Shown here: piece by piece, positions 35,872 through 46,900 of the stretch | Position numbering within the stretch: the first letter of the stretch is position 1 | Layout of the letters: each line of letters opens with the position of its first letter | Source of the DNA: Rothia mucilaginosa | Lineage (GTDB): Bacteria; Actinomycetota; Actinomycetes; Actinomycetales; Micrococcaceae | DNA: 64,000 nt | Strand: one strand, 5' to 3' | Assembly (NCBI RefSeq): GCF_963538455.1 | Contig: NZ_CAUTHR010000011.1 | Translations under genes and position numbers: made by a program | Notes under the pieces: generated by a model | Seen by the model: the letters and a program-made list of their open reading frames with translations, nothing else | Database searches by the model: none | Told to the model about the DNA's origin: nothing

Positions 35872-37896
35872 TTAGCGGGTGATAATCGCGAAGTCGCTGC
35901 TGGACAGGTTCGTGAAATTACCAATCTGCGCGTTCAGGCGGCACTTAGACGTCACCGACAGCGCCGTCACCACCCGCTGATCCTCAGACACCAACACATG
36001 CCCCGAACAACCATCCGAAAAACTAATCAACTGCGCATCCGGAGAAATCGCCTGAACCAGCGTCGAAAACTCACCCGTACGCGGCAAAACCATCAACGGA
36101 TTTAACTCATCCGCACCACTGGGCCACACCGGAACCACCGTCACAGGCAAAACACTCTGATTCACCACACGAGAAGGAACCCGCAACTCAATCGACCGCA
36201 AGCGCTGAATCGGGTACGCCGTCGAACGAACCTCCCGGTCAGAAATAGCCTTCGACGTCTCAGAATCAATACGGTTCACCCACTCCTCAAAAGCACGCGA
36301 ATCCTTAAACTCAGCAGACACATTCGCCCGGACCTGCACCACACCATTAGCCGGGATACTCACCCCAGACAGATTCCACGAACACGGAACATCCACCGCA
36401 GTCACACTCGACTGATTCTTCGACACACCAGAAGACGCCTGACCGGCATCCCACGTCACCGAAGCACACGAACCACCCTCAACACCGGGAAGCACCTGCA
36501 AAATATCACCCCGAAGAGCCGACTTCTGCGAGGAAAACTCAAAAGTTAGGCGGGCACTCTTATCCCTCGGGTTATACGTACCCTCAATACGGGTACCCAA
36601 ACCACTCGGCAAAGACGCCGAACTACGGCTCGACGCAGACCACGACTCAGCCGTCTTAGACGAACCCTTACCGCCGCTCAAACCCACAAAAGCGAGCACA
36701 CCCACAAGAATCAAAGAACCCAGAATAGCGCCCCACACCAGCGGGCGGCGCAACGGCGAACGGGCAGGCTCCTCTTCCTCAACAACCTCGTCAGGCACAT
36801 ATACCGGCTGCTCCACCACAAAAGGAGCGCGGATAACCGTCTCATTCTGCGCCTGACCCAGCGACGGCATGCCCGCACCATACAGCTCCGTAACATTCTG
36901 CCCAGGCACCGAAGAAACCGCAGGCTCAGCACCATGAACCACCGTAGGCGTGTACCCCACAGCACCCGAAGACACCTCAACCCAGCGAGGAAGCACCGTA
37001 TCAGCCGTGAAACCCTCAGCTAAAAGACGCAACTTAGCGGCAGCCTCAGCCGCACCAGGACGCTGAACCGGGTTCTCCGCCAACATCCCGTGAAGAACCT
37101 CAGCCACCTCAGCCGGAATCTGCGGCGACACCTGCACCGCACCACCGCGAGCCGGAAGAGGACGCGCCGCCACCAACAACTCATGAAGAGTCACCGCGCA
37201 CGCATAAACATCCACCGCCGGAGTAGCCACACCATGCGCAGAACGCTCCGGAGCCATATACCCCGGAGTACCAGAAAACGAACGAGAAGAACCCGAACCC
37301 GCAGAGCCAGTAAAAGAAGCAATACCGAAATCAGCAACACGAACCTGCTGATCCAGAGACTCCCCCAAAACACCGCTCAGAAGAACATTCTCCGGCTTAA
37401 TATCCAGATGCATCACGCCCTGACGGTGAGCAAACTCCACCGCATTCAGAACCTGAACCATCAGACTCAACGCCAAACGAACCGGCAGCGGACCCTCAGA
37501 ATCCAGCTTCTGACGCAACGAACCGCCATGCTGAAACTCCGTCACCAGAGCCAGCACGCCACCCTCAACCACCATGTCCGTCAACGGCACAATATGAGGA
37601 TGCGACAGCGCCAACAACACCGAACGCTCACGCACAAAAGACTCAAGAACCACAGGGTTCTCCGCAAGCTCCGGACGCAAAACCTTCGCCGCATACAGAG
37701 CCCACGAGCCGCTCATCGTAGCAGCCCACACCTCACCGACCGCACCAGAACCCACCCGGCGCACCAAACGATACGAAGAGCCAAGGGGAGCGCCTGCAGC
37801 CAAGCCCCCCACAGACTGACCAGCGGCCTGCGGGGCAGGATGAGCATCACGACGCTCCGAGCCGGAGTACTGCGGCGAACCAGCAGGTACAGTCAC
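35872..37896 (-). CDS. Transmembrane Hanks-type Ser/Thr protein kinase
   Basis: GSGAVGEV, AAK, HLDIKPEN, DFG, GTPGYMAPE; one TM; ~260-aa Cys-containing extracellular domain without evident PASTA repeats. Confidence 0.93.
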   Translation of the reverse strand: MTVPAGSPQYSGSERRDAHPAPQAAGQSVGGLAAGAPLGSSYRLVRRVGSGAVGEVWAATMSGSWALYAAKVLRPELAENPVVLESFVRERSVLLALSHPHIVPLTDMVVEGGVLALVTEFQHGGSLRQKLDSEGPLPVRLALSLMVQVLNAVEFAHRQGVMHLDIKPENVLLSGVLGESLDQQVRVADFGIASFTGSAGSGSSRSFSGTPGYMAPERSAHGVATPAVDVYACAVTLHELLVAARPLPARGGAVQVSPQIPAEVAEVLHGMLAENPVQRPGAAEAAAKLRLLAEGFTADTVLPRWVEVSSGAVGYTPTVVHGAEPAVSSVPGQNVTELYGAGMPSLGQAQNETVIRAPFVVEQPVYVPDEVVEEEEPARSPLRRPLVWGAILGSLILVGVLAFVGLSGGKGSSKTAESWSASSRSSASLPSGLGTRIEGTYNPRDKSARLTFEFSSQKSALRGDILQVLPGVEGGSCASVTWDAGQASSGVSKNQSSVTAVDVPCSWNLSGVSIPANGVVQVRANVSAEFKDSRAFEEWVNRIDSETSKAISDREVRSTAYPIQRLRSIELRVPSRVVNQSVLPVTVVPVWPSGADELNPLMVLPRTGEFSTLVQAISPDAQLISFSDGCSGHVLVSEDQRVVTALSVTSKCRLNAQIGNFTNLSSSDFAIITR

Positions 37897-38013
37897 GGGC
37901 TAACTCCTTAACATCAACTTCACAACAAGCAGGGCGACTCCCCAGACGGGGCGACCCCCACAGCAAAATAGCCGGTAAAGTTACACGATACCTCACCACA
38001 CGCCAGACAAGCC

Positions 38014-41000
38014 CTACAGCCCGCCACGGTGCTGAGAATCCTCAGGGCTCATCAGCTGCACCAGAACCGGCGACCCGGCAAGGAACGCATAACCACGACC
38101 AACACTCAGCTGAACCGGGGCGCGCCTCGGAATAGAACCGAACATGTCCATATCCGTATCAACATTCGGCTGAACCACAGCACCAGTACGGAACTTACGA
38201 ATAGCCTTCGTCCAATGGCTATACAAAGGACGCAAATCAGTCGGCTTACCCGTAGCAATAATGTGAACGTCCGGGAAGTCACCCTTCACAATGGCATCAA
38301 AAACGTTCATCGGGTCATCCACACGGTCACCATCATCAATCAGCAACAGCACCGGGCCCGCGGCATCCTGCAAAGCCGCCTGCACCTGAGCAGAAGCATT
38401 CTTGCTCTCAAACACCCGGTCAAAAACGCCCTCCGGCGCATTCACCAGACCGGAACGCTGATCGAAGACAGCCCAAACCTCCGGAACCTCCGCGGCATCC
38501 ATGCGTGCGTTCTCTGCCGCGGTGGCATCACCAGACGCCAACGCGGCAGACACCGCTTGCTCCGCCGCAGCCCTTGCCCGAGAAACCAGACGAGCAAACG
38601 CAACCAGCAGAGAAGACTTACCCGAACGCGGATTACCCGCAACCATGGCGTGCTCACCCTCATACAGTTCGAAAGCACAAGCCTCCAACGTAGCCTCCGC
38701 AATACCCACAGGGATACGCCACAGGCTCGGAGAAAACTCAGCAGCAGGCATGCTCTCCCACGAAACCCACGTCGGCAGCTGACCAATCACATCACGCTTA
38801 GCAGGAGCCTGCGGGAATCGCTCACGAATCATAGAGACCGCCTCCTCCACGCCAACAGCGGGAGTAGCCACCTGCATCTGACGCAGACGCTTCGGATCAA
38901 CACAACGCCCAGGAACCGCAGCCGGAACATTTGTACCGCGAATACCGTGCGAGGAATAATCGTGGATATCGCTCAGCTGGAAGAACCACGTCTGCAACGA
39001 AGCATCAAGAATCTGCGAGGGAATATTCTTCGCGCGACTCGTCGACACCACGCAGTGAATACCAACAGCAGGACCATCCGCATACACGCGGTAGAAATTC
39101 GCCAACAAATCCATGCTCACAGCGTCAGAGAACTCATCACGCAGCGTCGCAAAACCATCCAAAACAATGAAAAGAGGCTTACGGCGTGACGCGTCAGCAC
39201 GGCGAGCATCAAGCTCCGACTTCACAAAACGCAAGAAGCGAGCCTGACGTTCCCTAGCGCCCTGACCGGTACCCACAGCAGAAACAACATGCGGCAAAGA
39301 GCCCAACGGCAACAAGCCATCAGCGCCCATATCCACCAGAACAATATCGATGTCCTCCGGCGAATAATGCTGAGCCAAACCCAGCACCACAGACTGAATC
39401 GTCGTGGTGGTACCACTACCGGCAACACCCACCAACAGCAGGTTGCTCATCTCAATATTCCAGCCCATAGGCACCTGACGCTGCAGCTCAGGCTCATCAC
39501 CCAGAGTGCACATCAGAACACCGTCCTGGACGCCCCCCACAGTGGGAAGATCCGGGTCCGGGAAGCCACGAACACCAAAATCAGCCAAATCAACATACGA
39601 ACCCAACGGCTTAGGCCACACCTTACGAGGAGCAACCGCACCACGAGCCGCATGAGCCGCCACAACAGCATCAATCAGCAGATCCAGGTCATTCGCATCG
39701 CTCGACGACACCTTCGGGCGCGCACGCTCCGAACGAGGAATACCGATACTATCGGTCGCACGAACCTCCAGAGAAGTCACCACCTCAGTGCCACTCTGAC
39801 CCGTCACCAGGGCAGTCTGCACCGGCGAAATATCATTCTGGCCCAGCTTCACATAGGCGCGACCCATCTGCGAACGCGAAATCTCCGAAGCATCCGGAAC
39901 ACCAATCACGTTCGAAGAATCCTCACGGCTCTGCACACGCAACGCCACACGCAAGTTCGTATTCGCCAGAATGTCATCATTCACCACGCCGGCAGGACGC
40001 TGAGTCGCCAAAATCATGTGCACACCCAGGGTACGACCCACCGCACCAATGCTCACCAGCGACGACAGGACATCAGGGAAGTCCTTCGCCAGCATCGCAA
40101 ACTCGTCAATCACCAGCAGTAAGCGAGGCATCGGCTCCGGCGGGTTCGTCGCCAAATAATCCTTAATGTTGTCCACGCCCTCGCCAGCAGCCGCGAACAG
40201 GCGCTGACGACGGTCCATCTCCGCCTCCAACGACTCAATAGCGCGGTGAGCCAACTGAGCATCCAAGTTGCTCAAAGTACCAATCGTATGCGGCAGACGC
40301 TCACACGTCTTAAACGCCGCACCACCCTTAAAGTCAACCAGAATAAAGTTCAAACGGCTCGGATCATGGTGCGCAGCCAAACCCGCCACCAACGAACGCA
40401 AAAACTCACTCTTACCCGAACCAGTGGTACCACCCACCAGACCGTGAGGGCCGTCCTTCACCAAGTCCAGGGCGAACGCGCCAGAGTCGCCCACACCAAT
40501 CTCTGTGCTGAAACCATTAGCCTGCGACCAAAACGCCTCAATATCCTCAGCGCCCGGAGGGGTCGGCAAACCAACCAGCTCAGGTAGCTTCACCAGCTGC
40601 GGCAAACCGCCACCCAACAGCAGACGCTCAGGGTCCTCATGATGCGCCAAAGTACGCGCCACATGAAGAGCATCCTCAGCGCTCACACCGGCGAGCACAC
40701 CGTCAGTGACCGTGTAACGGCGGCGAGGCTCCGAATAGGTGATGGAAGCCTCCTCACCAATCTCCACGACCGAAGTACACGACGCAGGAAGACGGTCAAC
40801 AGAAGAAGCCAGCACAATACCGGCAACACGGCGAGCACCCGCAGCGGCAGTCTTATTCGCCATCAGACGCACTTCATCGCCATACGCCAAAAGGTCGCGT
40901 GCCGGCGACTCACGGCCCTCAGTGAGGGTATCCGAATCAACGACCACGCACAGGCCGCGGGTCGGAAGAGACTCAATGTCGTTGTATAGAGAGCGCAGCA

Positions 41001-42402
41001 TCTGATCCGACTGCTCCTTACCAGAAGCAAACCAACGCATCTGCTGGTTCTGCGCCATATGCATGTGCGGAAGCCACGACGTCCACACCCAGTCCTGCGA
41101 GCGCGCCGAATCAGCACAGACCGCAATCGTCATATCAGCAGGACCCGTGTGGGTCGCCGCCTGCAGCACCAGGCTACGCGCCAAGGCAAGAGACTGCTCA
41201 CGCGGACCCACAATACCGATAGCGCCGCCCTCACGCAGGTCAGCAACCAGCGGGGCATCCCACAGGGTATTGTGCTCAAGAATATGCTGAACCTCAGGCT
41301 CAGGATTGCTCGGCTTCGTCAGTTCAGGAGCCCAATGAATATGCCCAGTACCCACATGGAAAGTCAACAGGTCAGGGCTGGTGCTCCGGCGACGCCACAG
41401 CGTCATTGCAGGAAGAAGCGCCCGCAGCTGAACGGCATCCGGTGCCGGGGCAAGGTCGTGAAGACGCTCAATTTCCTCACGGTTACTCAGAGCGATACGT
41501 TCCTTAAACTTCTCCATTTCCTGCTCAAAACGCACACGCTCCTTCACCTTATCCTTAGCATGACGACGTTTCTGCTCCACCCACATGCCAATACTCAGAA
41601 TGGGGCTGAGCATCGCGAAAAGGGCGTAACGAATCTCCTGCATAATCGCGACCATCGCCGCCGCCATAATAATCGGACCCACCGCCATCGCAAGATTGAA
41701 CTTAGGCGGATCAGAAACATTCTTGCGGGTAGGCGCCTCCACCTTATCCGGGGCGCTCAACGCACCCTGACGCGGCGGACGGTTAAACGGTGCGGTACCC
41801 GACGCACTCACGTTCGGGGCGCTACCGGGGCGCGGCGCAGCCTTCTCCTGAGGCGCAGGCTGCAGAGTCAGCACACAATCACCAACATGGATAGTGGTGC
41901 TCTCAGAAACAGTCAGACCCTCCTCAGGGATTTTCTGACCGTCCACAAAACTACCGTTCGTAGAACCCGGATCAGTGATACGCACCTTCTGAGTATTCGT
42001 TGACTCATCATGAACCACCTGCAGGTGCAGATGCTCCCACGACGCGCTCGCCGTGGGCAGCACAATGTCGGCGTACGGGGAACGACCCGCCACCAGAGGA
42101 CGTGAAGAAGGGATAGGGTGCGGCAGGGTAACCGTCGAACCGCCGCTCAAACAGACGCTCCAGCCCTGCACCAGGGAAGGGTAGGAGAGCGGTGCCCTAG
42201 AGATGCGCATACCTTCCATCGGCTTGACCTCCGCCAGGGTGGAGGATGCCGTCACCGGGCGGTTATCGCAATACAGCGGCTCGTCTGCGGGCAGGGAGGG
42301 GCCACCGGTCGCCTGGATGAGATCAGCGATGGTCGTCTCAGGCTGCCAGGAGTCTAGTTCATAGCTCCCGTTATGCTCTTCAAGATCAAGGAAAAAGCGC
42401 AT
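38014..42402 (-). CDS. EssC/EccC-type FtsK/SpoIIIE secretion ATPase with N-terminal ubiquitin-like and FHA domains
   Basis: FHA (GRS..SWEH..GSTNG), TM hairpin, LWRRR..GTG, Walker A motifs GTTGSGKS, GVAGSGTT and GNPRSGKS, VDFKGG, IDEFA, ATQRP. Confidence 0.92.
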   Translation of the reverse strand: MRFFLDLEEHNGSYELDSWQPETTIADLIQATGGPSLPADEPLYCDNRPVTASSTLAEVKPMEGMRISRAPLSYPSLVQGWSVCLSGGSTVTLPHPIPSSRPLVAGRSPYADIVLPTASASWEHLHLQVVHDESTNTQKVRITDPGSTNGSFVDGQKIPEEGLTVSESTTIHVGDCVLTLQPAPQEKAAPRPGSAPNVSASGTAPFNRPPRQGALSAPDKVEAPTRKNVSDPPKFNLAMAVGPIIMAAAMVAIMQEIRYALFAMLSPILSIGMWVEQKRRHAKDKVKERVRFEQEMEKFKERIALSNREEIERLHDLAPAPDAVQLRALLPAMTLWRRRSTSPDLLTFHVGTGHIHWAPELTKPSNPEPEVQHILEHNTLWDAPLVADLREGGAIGIVGPREQSLALARSLVLQAATHTGPADMTIAVCADSARSQDWVWTSWLPHMHMAQNQQMRWFASGKEQSDQMLRSLYNDIESLPTRGLCVVVDSDTLTEGRESPARDLLAYGDEVRLMANKTAAAGARRVAGIVLASSVDRLPASCTSVVEIGEEASITYSEPRRRYTVTDGVLAGVSAEDALHVARTLAHHEDPERLLLGGGLPQLVKLPELVGLPTPPGAEDIEAFWSQANGFSTEIGVGDSGAFALDLVKDGPHGLVGGTTGSGKSEFLRSLVAGLAAHHDPSRLNFILVDFKGGAAFKTCERLPHTIGTLSNLDAQLAHRAIESLEAEMDRRQRLFAAAGEGVDNIKDYLATNPPEPMPRLLLVIDEFAMLAKDFPDVLSSLVSIGAVGRTLGVHMILATQRPAGVVNDDILANTNLRVALRVQSREDSSNVIGVPDASEISRSQMGRAYVKLGQNDISPVQTALVTGQSGTEVVTSLEVRATDSIGIPRSERARPKVSSSDANDLDLLIDAVVAAHAARGAVAPRKVWPKPLGSYVDLADFGVRGFPDPDLPTVGGVQDGVLMCTLGDEPELQRQVPMGWNIEMSNLLLVGVAGSGTTTTIQSVVLGLAQHYSPEDIDIVLVDMGADGLLPLGSLPHVVSAVGTGQGARERQARFLRFVKSELDARRADASRRKPLFIVLDGFATLRDEFSDAVSMDLLANFYRVYADGPAVGIHCVVSTSRAKNIPSQILDASLQTWFFQLSDIHDYSSHGIRGTNVPAAVPGRCVDPKRLRQMQVATPAVGVEEAVSMIRERFPQAPAKRDVIGQLPTWVSWESMPAAEFSPSLWRIPVGIAEATLEACAFELYEGEHAMVAGNPRSGKSSLLVAFARLVSRARAAAEQAVSAALASGDATAAENARMDAAEVPEVWAVFDQRSGLVNAPEGVFDRVFESKNASAQVQAALQDAAGPVLLLIDDGDRVDDPMNVFDAIVKGDFPDVHIIATGKPTDLRPLYSHWTKAIRKFRTGAVVQPNVDTDMDMFGSIPRRAPVQLSVGRGYAFLAGSPVLVQLMSPEDSQHRGGL

Positions 42403-42521
42403 AAGGTGTTCTCCAAAATAGATAAATCGTGAGCCCTGCTGGTGAACGGACTAGGAGGGAAACCCCGAAAACCGGGGTGTGATGGGCTGGTTCTGTACGG
42501 ATGAGGCTTTACTCAGAAAAG

Positions 42522-43946
42522 CTAGTCGCGAGATTCTGAGGTGAACGTGCGAAGCATCCACACCGGCGGATTCACCGCATCCGTTGAAGAAGACCCACCC
42601 TGAATCATCGAAGCTTCTGCGGTCGGGTAAAGAAGACCCACCTGCCCGCCAGCGGCGTAAGAAGACGAAAAATCCAACGGATACGCGACCGTAGAATCTT
42701 TAGAGTCCAACCGGAGAGTTCCTAGCACCCGTCGAACTGCCTCAGGAGTGTATTCACGAACTTGGCTTGTGGCATACGCAAAAGCCAAGAGCGCGTTATG
42801 GGAGGGCGCGTCCGCCCACGCTGCCGATTTCGAGAACGCCTGTTCGCCGGACAAATCCTTAAGCGAAGAATCATTCTTCATACGCTCAACCGTTGACACA
42901 AACGCCGAAGAAGCACGACCGGCATCATCAGCATTCAACGCCGCAGCGCGTGCCTGCACACGCCCCACAACGCGAATATTGTCAGTCAGGGAACCACCGT
43001 TCTCCAGAAGAAGACGAATAAAAGGCTCCGTCAAAGCTTCCTCACCCGCAATCACCGGAGAAGTAATACCCGCCCTCTGAAGAGAACGAAGCACCTTCGC
43101 CTGTGTCGACGCCGAACCCGTCAAAACCAGAACAGGAGAAGAGCCCGAAGACTTATCACCCAGAAGGCGCGTCAGCTCCTTGAGAGTGTCCTTCATGCTG
43201 TCTTCATCAGCAGAAACCTGAACCCGATTCGTATAGGGAAGGTCCGGCGCAGAGCCCTCGCCCGCATCCAACAGGATGGTGCGCACACCATCAAGCTGCT
43301 GCGAAGAACCCGCGCTAGACACACCGGCAAGCGAACGAATAGCAGCCGTATAGGCCTGCTTCTCCTGCTCAGGGTCCAGGGCAAAACTCCACACCCCATC
43401 GCCAGCATCTACCCGGTCATACGCCTCAATCACCGCAACATTGCGTTCCTTAGCAGCAGCCGTAGCACCCCGAAGATGCTCACCCCGAGAGGCAAGCACA
43501 ATACCCAAAGCGCCCTCAGACGAGAGCTTCTCTACCGCCTCACGGGCACCCTGCTCCGTTCCCTTATCGTTCGCATAAAGAACCTTCACAGAAGAATTAC
43601 CCAGAGCCAGACGGTACTGGGCAACACGAGCACCCTGAGCATTCAGACGCCACGCAGACCCCTCAGCATCATCACCAAAAGTAGCGACAACACCAATAAC
43701 AGGCTCACGACCAGACGCAGGAAGAGAAATAGCCTGCTGAACCGTCACCGCAGACGCAGGGTTCGTACCCGTACCAAGCGGCAAAGGCTGAGGAGTCACA
43801 GCGCGCACGCCATACCAGATCCCCACCACCGCAAGACTAAACAGCACACACAGACTGACACACCACACCACGGTGCGCTGAGTGAGCCGCCTGCCCTCGC
43901 GGCGGTGAGGACCTGAATCAGAACCCAAATGAGGGGAAAACCCCAC
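42522..43946 (-). CDS. Membrane-anchored type 1 periplasmic-binding-fold (LivJ/LivK-like) protein
   Basis: N-terminal TM, IGVV..GARVA..LYANDKGT..AREAVEKL..GIV pattern; begins 2 nt after upstream stop; no permease nearby. Confidence 0.7.
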   Translation of the reverse strand: MGFSPHLGSDSGPHRREGRRLTQRTVVWCVSLCVLFSLAVVGIWYGVRAVTPQPLPLGTGTNPASAVTVQQAISLPASGREPVIGVVATFGDDAEGSAWRLNAQGARVAQYRLALGNSSVKVLYANDKGTEQGAREAVEKLSSEGALGIVLASRGEHLRGATAAAKERNVAVIEAYDRVDAGDGVWSFALDPEQEKQAYTAAIRSLAGVSSAGSSQQLDGVRTILLDAGEGSAPDLPYTNRVQVSADEDSMKDTLKELTRLLGDKSSGSSPVLVLTGSASTQAKVLRSLQRAGITSPVIAGEEALTEPFIRLLLENGGSLTDNIRVVGRVQARAAALNADDAGRASSAFVSTVERMKNDSSLKDLSGEQAFSKSAAWADAPSHNALLAFAYATSQVREYTPEAVRRVLGTLRLDSKDSTVAYPLDFSSSYAAGGQVGLLYPTAEASMIQGGSSSTDAVNPPVWMLRTFTSESRD

Positions 43947-43948
43947 GG

Positions 43949-46900
43949 CTAATCACCAATCTGGAAGGTGTACACCGTCTTCACCTCTGCACTGCCAGCA
44001 TTCGACAGATGGAAGGTCGGCAACGAACGCAGACGCTGCAGCGACGCCTTGAACTGCGCCTGACGCTTCTGCAGAGCAGCAATATCCTCAGAACGGAGGT
44101 TCGTGTAACCCTGAGCATTCTGCATCGCCAAAGCAAGCTGGTAATCAGCCGCACCAGCCTTTGCGCTATTGCTCTTGAGTGCGCCCAAGAGGCCAGCACC
44201 CTCAGCGTTGCTATCGCCCAAATCAAGCATGAGCTTCGACAGGTCGTTATTCAGCTGAACGGACGCACCAGCCAAATCTCGGGTAGCGTTCTCAGCGCGG
44301 GTGCTCAGAGCAACCAGAGAACGCTCAGTCACCGAATCCAGAGACTGGCGCAGACCCTCAATACGATCATTCATATCCTTGTGCTGAACCTCGATGGATT
44401 CACCAGCCACCTGAACCACAGTATTCGCGGTATCAGTAATGCCAGCAATCGAAGCAGAGAACGCCGCCTTAGCAGCCGAAGCGCTAGAAGAACCATCGCT
44501 CGAAACCTTACGAATCTCCTCGCTAATCATGCTCGTCAGGCTCTCACGAGTCTCATCGGCAGACTCCTTGAACGCTTCCTTAATAGCGGTGGAGAGGTCA
44601 GACTGCATGTTCGTCATATCCTCAAGGTTCTTACCCAAAGCATTGACGGCATCCGAAGCCGAATGGATACGATCGCGCAGAGAAACCTTAGCCTGATCAG
44701 TAGGTTCTTCCCTCTTCTCCGCATCCTGGTTCTGCGCGTTTGCGGCATCATTCAGGGTCTTTTCAACCTCGCCCAGGGCACCATCTACCGCGTTCACAGC
44801 ATCGTTAAGGTCCTTAGCGTCGCGAGCCAGACCCTCCTTGGGGTCATCCATCGAAGTAGCGGCAAGAACCTCATCCCACGCAGCTACCGCGGCAGCAATA
44901 CGCTGCTCCATCGGAGTACGTGCGGCAGGAGTGTTCGACGTGTAGGTACGCTCGTTCGCGTTCTCCACCGTAATGACGCGAGTATTACCTTCCGTAGCAG
45001 TAGGCTCGGCGGAAGGCGCCTCAGAAGAGGGAGCGGCGGAAGGCGCCTCAACCTTCTTCGACGGCTCCTCAGAAGGAGCCACAGAAGCAGACTCAGACGG
45101 CGCAGGGCTAGGAGCCTCAGACGGCGCAGGGCTAGGAGCCTCAGACGGCGCCTCAGAAGACGGGGCAGCAGACGGCGAAGCCGCGGCACCACAAGAAGAA
45201 GCCGTCAAGTATCCACGCAGATGCTCAACCTGCTCAGCAGACAGAGAACCGCCACGCTCAGTAGACAGAGCACAAAGCTGCTCCGCCAGTTCCTTATTCT
45301 GAGCGCTCATAGAACCAGAACCGTCCACCAGCTCCGCACGAGCAGAAGCCGCACGAGAATGAACGTTCTTGATGCTCTCAATTAGACGACTCGACGTTTC
45401 CTTCATCTGATTCACACTCTGACGAGCTGCACTAACCTTCTCACTCAAAGAACGCACAGCATCACCATCAAGAGAAGACGGGTCCTTCTCCACCTGTTCA
45501 ACAAGCTCATCCATCTGACGCTTCAACGCCGAATAGTTGTTGTTTGCACCCTTCAAATATTCCGGCTGCAGGTGATCCACAATCTTCTCACCGGTAGCAA
45601 CCAGTGCAATCAAAGAACTCTGCACGGTCACCGACGCACCAAACAGGGCACAGGTCACCGAACCGTTAGAAGAGCAAGTCTCAGCGGTCGGGTGCTCCGG
45701 GCCAACAATCTCACGAATCGAAGCTGTAAGATCCTGCTGACAATCCGAGCTTGCCTCCGCATATGCATTCAGAACAGCAGACAGCTGAACCAAATTACCG
45801 TACACACTGCGGCTATTCGCACTCTCCTCACGATGCACAACACAACGACCGCCGCTATGCGAAACAGACACATTGGGGCGCGCCGTCGTATCACCCAACA
45901 TCGAGTGAAGAGTAGCAACAGTACGCTCCAACTGAGAAATCAGCTGAGAATTGTTAGTACGCGAAGCCTCAGAAAGATCCTTCTGCAGGCTCTCAATATT
46001 CGCCTGCAGACCCTGCATGGTCTTCGTCAACGATTCATTCTGAGTCTTCAGATGCTCGGCAGTGTCCTTACCCAAAGTCGCGGACGTATCATCCAGGCTC
46101 TGACGTACCTGAGCAACCTGCGAACTAGCGCTAGTCAACGTCGTATTAACCTCGTTGACCGTATCAATAGTGCGCTGCAGGAGCGCCACCTGAGACGCAT
46201 CCTGAGAGGTGAAACCGTTAGTAATGATTCCCGCACCAGACAAATCAGAAGCAAAACCAGGCTGCACCGAAATGTTGAAGGTAGGCGCACTAAAATCCTT
46301 CGCCTTGACCTTCAACACAAAAGAAGAGGAACTACCAGTCACCGGAGGCGCCGAAATAGCACCCCACTGAACAACAGCCTTACCTTCATCATTGGTGCTC
46401 ACCACACCATTCGTCGACGAATCAGCCGCATCGGGGGTCGTAATAACCTGAGTAGGAGAACCAGAAAGAACAGTAGAAGCAGCAATAGAGAACGGAGTAC
46501 CAACCGGTGCAGGGCTAGTACGGCTAGTACCGGATGCATCATAGGTGACGTCCTCAGTCTTCACCGTCAGGTTCTCAACCGTAACCTTAATCGTGATTTC
46601 GCCACTGTAACCGTTCAAATCATTCAGGTTAGTGCCGCTACCGCGCTCAGTAGAATACTGCAGGCTCACACGCACAGGAAGGTCATTGACGACATCCTTC
46701 GGCTTGAACTGCACATTGCTCGAGGAGCTCGTACGATCCTTGTCATTAACGTAAATGTTGGTCGACTCAATCGACGAAACCTCGCCGTCACGGCCCATCT
46801 GAACATTCACGTTCTGCAGAACATTAGTAGCGTTCTCCACCTGGCGGGGGCTCTGAGAAGTAACAGTGCCCTTATCGGAAGGGGTGCTGTTATTGTTCGT

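Noticed and set aside
38014..42402. FtsK ATPase as a DNA translocase or conjugative-element TraB
   Set aside because: Three ATPase domains plus FHA and linkage to WXG100/Rhs fit EssC/EccC; no relaxase, rep or integrase seen.
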